A DNA stretch of 43,293 bases from assembly GCA_044356215.1 (NCBI GenBank), contig JBIKWQ010000024.1, positions 1 through 43,293 on the forward strand. Reading direction: 5' to 3'. Below the pieces are notes generated by a model. The model saw only the letters and a list, made by a program, of their open reading frames with translations, did not search any database and was not told the origin of the DNA. How positions within the stretch are numbered: the stretch's first letter is position 1; every line of letters starts with the position of its first letter. Of this stretch, positions 1-7,854 are shown piece after piece. Made by a program: the position numbers and the translations under genes. The DNA is from Bdellovibrionota bacterium. Lineage in GTDB: Bacteria; Bdellovibrionota_C; UBA2361; OMII01.

Positions 1-352
1 CATGCAACTTTACAACGGTCATGTATGAGAATCCGTGCTCCTGTGGTGATTCAAGTAACGGAACTACACGATCTTTAAATTCAGCGTGAGGCACCTTACG
101 GGGACGACCAGGGCGCGGTTTCGTCACTACTCCATCTATCCCCCGAGCATTAAACAATGCTATCAGTTTGCGTACTGTGCTCGGTGCGAATCTAGTTAAA
201 TCCTCCACTACAGGACGGGCATAACCGCGGTATAGATAATCAATCACTACAAGACGCTTGTAATCCTCTTGTGTTCGCGCACAATTCATCGCTGTCTCGA
301 TCTTCTCAAGACTCGCATTCTCCCGATTTAACTCATTCTCCTTGCGCCCCAC
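1..352 (-). CDS. IS630-family transposase, N-terminal HTH part (partial; not in ORF track)
   Basis: Manual translation from GTG at 352: MGRKENELNRENASLEKIETAMNCARTQEDYKRLVVIDYLYRGYARPVVEDLTRFAPSTVRKLIALFNARGIDGVVTKPRPGRPRK...ESPQEHGFSYMTVVKLH, open to the edge. The 'GIDG...RPGRPRK' segment is typical of IS630 HTH regions. Confidence 0.8.
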   Translation of the reverse strand, partial: MGRKENELNRENASLEKIETAMNCARTQEDYKRLVVIDYLYRGYARPVVEDLTRFAPSTVRKLIALFNARGIDGVVTKPRPGRPRKVPHAEFKDRVVPLLESPQEHGFSYMTVVKLH

Positions 353-423
353 TCATTAGTGTATGCCACGTAAACGGCGGTTTAGATACCCCCTATTTCG
401 CTACGTATTTTTGGAGAACGCTA
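1..423 (-). mobile_element. IS630-family insertion sequence, one end only (element continues beyond the left edge)
   Basis: Minus-strand transposase-like ORF from 352. The element end reads TAGCGTTCTCCAAAAATACG (minus) and abuts a TA dinucleotide at 424-425, the IS630 target. Amidase homology begins exactly at this junction. Confidence 0.8.
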
Positions 424-1358
424 TAGCTTTAGGTTTAACGGGTGAGAATCAGTGGACCGGCGATGTCTTGAATCCCGTTGATCCAGCCAGGCAGAGCGGT
501 GGCTCGTCAAGCGGCTCCGCTGTAAGCGTAGCTACGGGTGCATGCGACTTCTCGATCGGCACCGATACCGCGGGTTCTATCCGAGTTCCAGCATCTTACT
601 GCGGAGTAATCGCGTTTAAGCCAACTTATGGCGCGGTATCACTCGCGGGGGTCGTACCACTGGTGCCAAGTTGTGACCATATCGGTGTGATCGCCCGAGA
701 CGTGAGCTTAATAAAAAGAGTAGCCGCGGTGCTAGGGATTGCACCCTCTTCTGATAATAGCGGAAAAAGGCCGGTCTATGGGATTCCAAGAGATTACTTA
801 AAGGACCAACTCACGGCCGGAGTGGAGCGTGAATTCTTCAGATTTTGTGAGAAATATCTACCCGATAGTCGCGATGTCTCTTTACCCGATCCCCTCCCCT
901 GCATCGACGCCTACACAAAATTGCGGCGCGAATCATTTATGTTTCATTGTCAGGAGATCGAAGCTCATCCAGAACGATTTTCTCCCGCAGTGCTCGATCT
1001 TCTTAAAGCAGGCAACGTCTCTGAGTCTGAATACATCGAGGCGAGAGCGTGGCAGAAAGCACATACGCGGGAGATAGAGGATATATTTTCGCGGTGCGAC
1101 GCTTTGGTATTGCCAACAACTCCAACTGTAGCCCCACTAATAGGCGAGCGTCATATTGAACTGCCGACAGGCAAAGCTGCGCTTAGGAATTCTGTCATGC
1201 GACTTACCCTCCCCTTTAGTATGTCTGGAGTTCCAGCTGTATCATTGCCACTACTGCGAGTTGACGGGTTGCCGGTTGGCGTGCAAATCGTCACACGTCG
1301 CCACTGTGACTGGGATGTCCTGGAGTATGCGGAGGAGATCTTGACTTGCAACTACTAA
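424..1358 (+). pseudogene. Amidase-signature (GatA-like) family amidase, 3' part; 5' part separated by the IS630 insertion
   Basis: GGSSSGS and GTDTAGSIR amidase-signature motifs present. Homology starts at 'IALGLTGEN'. The N-terminal catalytic Lys/'GKTN' region is absent, and the first ~20 aa of ORF 363..1358 are read from the IS end. Confidence 0.8.
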
Positions 1359-1595
1359 GCTAATTCTGCCGCGTATACCGGATACCTCCTTACAAGGCGC
1401 GACGTGGATCAGGATCTGATCGCTTTTACATATTCAACGCTGGCATAGCGGCTCATCTCGGCGCTAGCAAGAAAAATCGCTACACTATTCTTCTGATAAA
1501 TGAGATACGCGCGCAGACCGAATACAGTGGCTCCACGTGAATCGCAAGTCCCTGGGGCTTCGCGGTAGTTATTGATTCCCTCCCCTCTCACTAGC

Positions 1596-2939
1596 TCAGC
1601 TCCAGGCGGTCTTTGTCAGTCTCGGAAGCTGAGATAATGCATAGAGCGGGATAATTAAGATGTTATTTATCTCTCCGAAGTTTTCCATGGAAGCACGCAC
1701 ACCAATTTTGGTATGTGGTGAGGATCTCTTTTCGTTGAGGAACGAAAACATACTTTGCATTGAGCCTTTGCTCCCTGATTTAATCTCAAGTGGCACGATC
1801 TTCTCATCAATCTGCAACACAAAATCCACCTCTGCAGAGCTGCTTTTCTGCTCGCGGTGCCAGTAAAAGAGCTCTCCCTTTCTTTTCGGTGATGAATGCG
1901 CCAAGAGCGCGCAACCGGCGTATACTTCAGCCATGGCGCCCTTATTAATTGGATCAAATTCTTTTATTAGGAGCTCTGAAGGGGTAACACCGATGGAACG
2001 TTGATAGACTCCGTGATCAAATGGAATCGCTTTAAATTTCTTTGCGTTCATCTCTCCGCCTAGTGGCACACCGTTGGCTGAAGAGTGATGAATGGTGTGA
2101 ACTATCCCTGCCTGCACAAGAAGATCAAGAGCTTGTTGCACCTGCCCAGCCTTAGCATCTTGATATGCGTGGCTACACACAAATTTCTTTCCAGCCTGAA
2201 GAGATACAGAGCGTACCACCTCTCTCAGGCGCGCCTCTGGAACCCGTTTGCGATATTTAGCAAAATCATCCTCGAAAGATAGACGCAGATCGTCTAATAA
2301 AGATGCTGTCGCCTGGTAATCGCGGCGCTCGATGAAAGAGGCAGCTACCTCTGGGAGTCCGCCATGGAAGAGAAATTCTTTGAAAATAAGGAGTAATTTT
2401 TCGTGAACGATCGGATCGCTCTTTGAAGGTGAGGCATTGTGAATATACGCTAGTAACGAGTGCTCTGAGCGAGCCGCAAGGTATTCGTCAAAAGATACAG
2501 GATACATAAAGAGCGACTCGACTCTTCCTACCCCATAAGACGGAATTTCAGCGAGCGCAAATTCCAATAACGAGCCTGCGGATATTACGTGCAGCATTGG
2601 GCGCTTTTCGTAGAAGAACCTGAGAGCTGTTATTGCCTCTGGACACTCCTGAATTTCGTCGAAGAACAGAAGTGTCTGGCCGTCGACAATCGGCTTGCCA
2701 TAGATCGTCGCTAAGCTCTCAAGGATACGATCAACCGAGAGATCGCCTTTAAAGAGCTGATGCATGCGCTTTTCGGCCAGGAAATTGACCTCGATAAAAT
2801 GTGGAAACTTTTCACCGACCTTGCGAGCCACGTAGGTCTTCCCAACCTGACGAGCGCCGCGTAGCAGCAGAGGCTTTCGATTCGATGATTCGGCCCAGGC
2901 GACCAATGACCCGTACACCAATCGAGGTATTGAAATCAT
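1596..2939 (-). CDS. AAA+ ATPase, AAA_14 + DUF4143 (ATP-binding protein with C-terminal PD-(D/E)xK-like motif)
   Basis: Walker A GARQVGKT, Walker B FFDEIQE, GGLPEV, and C-terminal 'AEVDFVLQ...PLEIKSG'. ATG at 2939 preferred over the ORF-track start at 2975. Confidence 0.9.
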   Translation of the reverse strand: MISIPRLVYGSLVAWAESSNRKPLLLRGARQVGKTYVARKVGEKFPHFIEVNFLAEKRMHQLFKGDLSVDRILESLATIYGKPIVDGQTLLFFDEIQECPEAITALRFFYEKRPMLHVISAGSLLEFALAEIPSYGVGRVESLFMYPVSFDEYLAARSEHSLLAYIHNASPSKSDPIVHEKLLLIFKEFLFHGGLPEVAASFIERRDYQATASLLDDLRLSFEDDFAKYRKRVPEARLREVVRSVSLQAGKKFVCSHAYQDAKAGQVQQALDLLVQAGIVHTIHHSSANGVPLGGEMNAKKFKAIPFDHGVYQRSIGVTPSELLIKEFDPINKGAMAEVYAGCALLAHSSPKRKGELFYWHREQKSSSAEVDFVLQIDEKIVPLEIKSGSKGSMQSMFSFLNEKRSSPHTKIGVRASMENFGEINNILIIPLYALSQLPRLTKTAWS

Positions 2940-2961
2940 TATATTTTTTCTAATTTTGGAC

Positions 2962-3009
2962 TTTTTACAAGGCAATTATAGGTCGCAAATAGATTTTTTA
3001 CAAGGCAAT
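2962..3009. repeat. 15-bp direct repeat pair (TTTTTACAAGGCAAT), 33-bp period, upstream of the AAA_14 gene
   Basis: Exact copies at 2962-2976 and 2995-3009. Confidence 0.85.
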
Positions 3010-3080
3010 GATCACTGCGGTATGACGCGCACCTACTATAGCAACTCCCTTAAAGGAAGGCCTGCCACCGCCTAAAACGG

Positions 3081-3103
3081 AACGGCGCTTCATCGCCGTT
3101 TTT
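3081..3103. terminator. Possible intrinsic terminator hairpin downstream of the EamA gene
   Basis: AACGGCG-cttcat-CGCCGTT followed by a T-run. Confidence 0.35.
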
Positions 3104-3130
3104 AACTTAATCCAGGTCTTACTGCTTCTC

Positions 3131-4051
3131 CTAGCCATTCATAATAACCGCCCCAATCACCATTAGAACGATAGCCAAGACCTTCTGATACAGCGCCACA
3201 CCAGAGACGTCTTCCTTGCTTACCCTAGGGAAGAACTTAGCTAGCACTATACTGTAAAGCAGCACGAAGACAGGCTGAAAACTTACACCGATCCAGGCTA
3301 GTGTGATCGGCACATAAAGAGAGAGATTATTGAATACGATCTTGGCGATTATATTAATCACCTCGTTAGTCATCGCGAAGGTTGTTGCTAACCTATGGCG
3401 AGGAAATATCAATAAAAAATCATCTCTGTACTCTCGCGAAAACACTAGAGCGGCGCCTGCGAATAATATGAAACCCGCGCTCTCCCAAAAGACCGCGCTC
3501 CAGAATTCCACTTTTAGCGCGAAGACTTTAAATAGCAAGAAGCTAGTAGCGTAGATTAGAGAGCATAGAAGCATCAGACCTAATACATCGAATCTGAAAC
3601 CGAGAGACCTTGACCCTCTTAGAGAGTAGGACTTGAGTGAGATTATAAGAGCCCCTAGTATCACGGCTAATCCACCAAGTAACTGCTGAGATGATAGAAC
3701 TTCGCCTAGAAATATCCGCGCCAATATAAAAGAGAATACTGGGATTATCTGAAGGATCGGTATAGCGGCAGATGCGTCACTAATTCTTAGTGCCTTCAAG
3801 AATGGAATCAAGGCAGCGATATAAAGCCCTCCATTTAAAACGATTAGTAGCGTCTGAAACACCCCCAGCTGAAACGCTTCACGTTGCAGCAAGAAAGACA
3901 CCGGAAGGGTCACTAATCCAACGGATGCCGCGAAAATTACGATGGCTCCAACCCGCGCTCCTGGCATGAAGCGATTAAGAATCAACTTATTAAAGTGGTT
4001 CGAAGCGGCCCAGAGGGCGGGAGCTATTAGCGATAGAAGAAAAGAGTTCAT
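3131..4051 (-). CDS. EamA/DMT-family drug/metabolite transporter
   Basis: ~10 hydrophobic segments in two repeats; 'FILARIFLGEVLSSQQLLG' DMT motif. Confidence 0.8.
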   Translation of the reverse strand: MNSFLLSLIAPALWAASNHFNKLILNRFMPGARVGAIVIFAASVGLVTLPVSFLLQREAFQLGVFQTLLIVLNGGLYIAALIPFLKALRISDASAAIPILQIIPVFSFILARIFLGEVLSSQQLLGGLAVILGALIISLKSYSLRGSRSLGFRFDVLGLMLLCSLIYATSFLLFKVFALKVEFWSAVFWESAGFILFAGAALVFSREYRDDFLLIFPRHRLATTFAMTNEVINIIAKIVFNNLSLYVPITLAWIGVSFQPVFVLLYSIVLAKFFPRVSKEDVSGVALYQKVLAIVLMVIGAVIMNG

Positions 4052-4101
4052 AGGGACTATGAGTTACCCTAACATGTAAGAGGGAGCCAGAATAAAGATA
4101 T

Positions 4102-4304
4102 TGTAACTATTCAGCATATTCCGCCGCAATTACGTTAGCCCCTATTAAGGGGCGGCTTTGCGGAGCAAAGCGGGGTGGAGATAATAACTACTCACTCGAA
4201 AAAGGCACCCCCGACTAGGGGGTGTCAAGAAAGAAGAAGCGCGAAACAGTATATTTGGTGACATAATGGCTGCGACGAAGCAAAAAATCCGGTGAGTAGT
4301 TACA
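4102..4304. mobile_element. MITE-like non-autonomous element (203 bp)
   Basis: Terminal inverted repeats TGTAACTATTCAGC / GGTGAGTAGTTACA (12/14 match), flanked by direct repeat AGATAT (4096-4101, 4305-4310). No credible ORF inside. Confidence 0.7.
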
Positions 4305-4413
4305 AGATATGATGCTCGATCTTGGGCCCCCGTCTTTCAGCATACACCTAACATAAGCGGCGCGGGAGCGCCGCGCTCCAAGCTCCCAAAACCTTGAGTC
4401 GGTAGCCAATACC

Positions 4414-5466
4414 CTAGGCGCATTTAATCCAGCTCCGCTTCTCTGAACTAAGTGCGCACACCTCAATTAACTCAATCACAGCCAGTGCATCTTCCGCCAA
4501 CACTGGAGGGGGTGTTGATTCATTAATCGATTTCGACACACCACGATAAAATTCATGGTACGATCCGGCGAGCGTCTTAATCGGCACAGGTTTCATGTTA
4601 CCCTTGTCATCAACCTGATATAGACGAGCCTCGTCTTCGTCTAATCCCCACAAGGCCAATGTTGTCTCTGGAGTTATTCCAGCTTTAAGCACGTCTTCTT
4701 GGGGGTCTAACCCCTGCTTGATAAAACTCCCGCGGTCTCCATGCGCTTGAAGAACCGCGCCGGGCTGCCCTACAACACAACCAGCATGTAATCTCACTTG
4801 CAGAGAACCGTAATCTAATAAGATTACAAAGTAGTCATCTGTCGCTGCGCCCGCGCGCTGAGCTCGTAGATCACAGAACACCCCTTTAGGTCGTCCAAAG
4901 AGGTGATATGCTTGATCTATAAGGTGTGAGCCCAAGTCATATAAAACCCCCGATCCTGGCTGTGGATTCTCACGCCAACGATTACTCGCTACTTGCGGGC
5001 GAAAACGCTCGTATCGAGCCTCGTACTGGGACAAGGCACCCAAGGCATCCCGCTCAATCAAGCTCTTAAGGGTCAGAAAGCCGTTATCCCACCTTCGATT
5101 GTGAAATACTGAAAGTACTTTTCCAACTCGCTTGGCGCACTCAACGACAGCCCGTGCCTCTTTAGACGAAACTGCAAATGGCTTCTCTACGACTACATGC
5201 TTACCGCTCTCAAGTGCCTCTATCGCCAGCGTGGCGTGTTCCTGGTTAGGTGTCGCGATGACAACAAGGTCTATCTCCTCATCGGCAAAGACCTCTTGAG
5301 CTGACTTAGTGATCCTTGCATCGGCGATTTCTGCCACTACCTCATCCACTCGCGAAGTAACTACGGAATGAATCTTGAACTCCGGAAGCGATTTAATAAC
5401 CCTGGCGTGGAATACCCGACCTGACAAACCGAATCCGATTATTGCTGTCTGAATCTTAGTCCGCAT
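4414..5466 (-). CDS. Gfo/Idh/MocA-family NAD(P)-dependent oxidoreductase (YdgJ/IolW-like)
   Basis: GFGLSG Rossmann motif, VVVEKPF, FHNRRWD, LYDLGSHLIDQA. Confidence 0.9.
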   Translation of the reverse strand: MRTKIQTAIIGFGLSGRVFHARVIKSLPEFKIHSVVTSRVDEVVAEIADARITKSAQEVFADEEIDLVVIATPNQEHATLAIEALESGKHVVVEKPFAVSSKEARAVVECAKRVGKVLSVFHNRRWDNGFLTLKSLIERDALGALSQYEARYERFRPQVASNRWRENPQPGSGVLYDLGSHLIDQAYHLFGRPKGVFCDLRAQRAGAATDDYFVILLDYGSLQVRLHAGCVVGQPGAVLQAHGDRGSFIKQGLDPQEDVLKAGITPETTLALWGLDEDEARLYQVDDKGNMKPVPIKTLAGSYHEFYRGVSKSINESTPPPVLAEDALAVIELIEVCALSSEKRSWIKCA

Positions 5467-6500
5467 CTCTCATTAACTCTTTTATTCGCCAGATAAATAG
5501 TGAAAAACGGCATCAGCATCCATACCATCTGTGAGTGCGCGTTAACAATCAGAGGCATACTCGCGCATGCCACCACACAAATTAAGAGCAAAATTTCTCG
5601 CTCCGATAACTTTCGAGTAAACCTCTCTATTACTGGCAAGAACAGCGGTAAACACGAAACCAATCCGTGTGACCAGCAATAAGGAGCGAAAATCAGAGAC
5701 GCTCCTAAGGTAAGAGGCAGCAACGACAGCTGTTTACTCTCTCGCATACCGGCAGCAACCCCAAAAATCAGCGCGCACACACAAAATAAAATGGGAAAAC
5801 CTCCCCACCCAGTATTAACCGACAACTGCTGAGCTAGCGTGGCGCCAGCCAGAGCCACCGCCTCATCACCGAGGGAGCTTAATCGCTTAAAGTAGAGCTG
5901 CCATCCCTCAGGAAAGAATATCAGCGACACGAGCACCTGAGCTGACAACCCTAATAATCCGCCGGCATATACACTCCAAGATCTCTGCCGCGTAATAACC
6001 ACGGCCAAATATGCATAGGTACAGAGGTATAGATTAGGTTTTGTGAGTGTAAGTGAGAGTAGCAATCCAGCTATTAGATCCCTCCTGGCGTGATACAGGA
6101 CGGCGAATCCAGTTAATCCGAAAAAGTGCAGAGCGTTCACCTGTCCCCAAATCAGTGTGCTTAAAATCGGGGGGAACACTAGAATCAACATAGTAGCGAT
6201 GATTCTATTTTTGTAGGGAGGGAGGGCTTGAAGCTTCCACCAGTTAAGGCCCGACCACACAAATAATCCGGCGCTGATGAAACTCCATAAAACTAGGGCG
6301 AAAACGAACGGGAAGTAGCCTAAAAAGCAGTACAACCAAAAATTATAAGGAGGGTGAGTCAGCGCCTGGACTCCCTCTGACCCCGGCCACGAAATCGTCG
6401 TTAAGCATTGATTCAGCTGGACGACTGAGTAAGGGTTACCGCCCCCCGAACCCATCGCTCCGGCGCACCAGAGATAATAAAAGTCATATCCGTACATCAT
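5439..6500 (-). CDS. GT87/DUF2029-like GT-C membrane glycosyltransferase
   Basis: N-terminal 'DF..LW', 'NPY', 'HPP', 'GQVN', 'KP' motifs; multiple TM segments; overlaps the upstream DPM1-like gene. Confidence 0.75.
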   Translation of the reverse strand: MMYGYDFYYLWCAGAMGSGGGNPYSVVQLNQCLTTISWPGSEGVQALTHPPYNFWLYCFLGYFPFVFALVLWSFISAGLFVWSGLNWWKLQALPPYKNRIIATMLILVFPPILSTLIWGQVNALHFFGLTGFAVLYHARRDLIAGLLLSLTLTKPNLYLCTYAYLAVVITRQRSWSVYAGGLLGLSAQVLVSLIFFPEGWQLYFKRLSSLGDEAVALAGATLAQQLSVNTGWGGFPILFCVCALIFGVAAGMRESKQLSLLPLTLGASLIFAPYCWSHGLVSCLPLFLPVIERFTRKLSEREILLLICVVACASMPLIVNAHSQMVWMLMPFFTIYLANKRVNERCGLRFRQQ

Positions 6501-7269
6501 GATCGATAGCGTCTCTCGAGATCACTGGTCTCGGACCAGATTCATGGGCAGACCCGGGAAGTCGTGCGAAGGCGAGCCGAAACGGCAGAAAAAGACTCTC
6601 CCTAAAAATACCGATACTCATTTTAGAGAGCCCACGCACACGATCGCTAAAAACAATCGGAACCTCCGCCGTCTTCATGTCTAAACAAGAGGCCAGCCAT
6701 TTTAGTTCAATCAGGAATCCATAACCTGCGCACTGGATCTGATCAAAGTCAATCTTTCTAAGCGAACCAGCGCGCCAGCAGAGATATCCACTTGTCCAAT
6801 CACGAAGTCGAGCAGTCGGTCTTCGCATTCGGAGGACAATGCTCGCGTATCGATTTCCCCAACTGCTCAACGATTTTCGCCACCATGTGAGGCCCTCAAC
6901 TTGGCCCCCTGGTGCGTATTTACTTCCTATAACTACATCGGCTACTTCAGCCTCTCTAAGCAACTGTGAGAGATACCGAGGATGGTGAGAGTAATCACTA
7001 TCCATCTGAATAATAGTTTCGTACTGATGAGCTAGCGCGTATCGAAAGCCCTCGATATAAGCGGAAGCCAGCCCTCTCTTACGATCGCGTGATATAAGAT
7101 GAATGCCAGGACAGGCCTTCTGAAGATCACGGACAACTTCGGCTGTATTGTCCGGCGAGTTATCGTCAACTACCACGATATCAGCATCAATTTCAGATAA
7201 GATATCTTTAATTATAGCCGCGATATTTTCTCGCTCGTTATATGTCGGGAGCACTACGACAGTTTTCAT
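6484..7269 (-). CDS. Polyprenol monophosphomannose synthase-like GT2 (DPM1-like)
   Basis: VLPTYNERENI, VVDDNSPDNT, QMDSDYSHHP, EVPIVFSDRVRGLSKMS. Confidence 0.9.
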   Translation of the reverse strand: MKTVVVLPTYNERENIAAIIKDILSEIDADIVVVDDNSPDNTAEVVRDLQKACPGIHLISRDRKRGLASAYIEGFRYALAHQYETIIQMDSDYSHHPRYLSQLLREAEVADVVIGSKYAPGGQVEGLTWWRKSLSSWGNRYASIVLRMRRPTARLRDWTSGYLCWRAGSLRKIDFDQIQCAGYGFLIELKWLASCLDMKTAEVPIVFSDRVRGLSKMSIGIFRESLFLPFRLAFARLPGSAHESGPRPVISRDAIDHDVRI

Positions 7270-7854
7270 ACTAGGCTCTTTTATTTATCTCGAATTACCG
7301 AGATATCATCCTCGAAAACTTTGGCGCTGGGAATACCTATGTTCCATATTAATTTCAGCCACCAGCACCTCCGTTTCTGCCCTGCTTTACAAAGAAAAAC
7401 AGGTCACGTATATAAAACTTCCGAAGTGAGACATCAGACAAACTCTCAATGCCCCTTAAATCTGGGGTAAAACCGGCGAGCTCAATATAGGTTCTGACAT
7501 CTTTCTCAAAGCCTCGAGAGTGGAGTAGCGCCACACTTCCCCGATTCCTTGCGGAGGTCAACGCTTAAGTAGTGTGTCGCTCCCAGAGTAAGACGCGTAA
7601 GGTCTCGATGACGTAAGATCTGCTCTCCTGGCCCGATCTCCGCGACCGCTTTTTTAAATATATGACTCTTGAAGTAATCTCTGAAAGGATCGCTATCGCG
7701 CGCAGATAAGGAAACAAAGCAAAACCCATCCTCTCGGCCAACCAAAATCACCTGTCGCTAATAGTCTCTTATAGATCCGAATCTACGATAATTTTTAATA
7801 TTTCGCTCTTTTGTGTTATTTTTCGTCTAGTAGCCTAATTTCGATAGGAAGCAA

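Noticed and set aside
363..423. ORF-track N-terminus of the amidase (MPRKRRFRYPLFRYVFLEN)
   Set aside because: Read from the IS630 end; not amidase sequence.
7355..7751. Two overlapping short minus-strand ORFs that could be a frameshifted gene
   Set aside because: No recognisable motif or convincing start; cannot be supported without a homology search.
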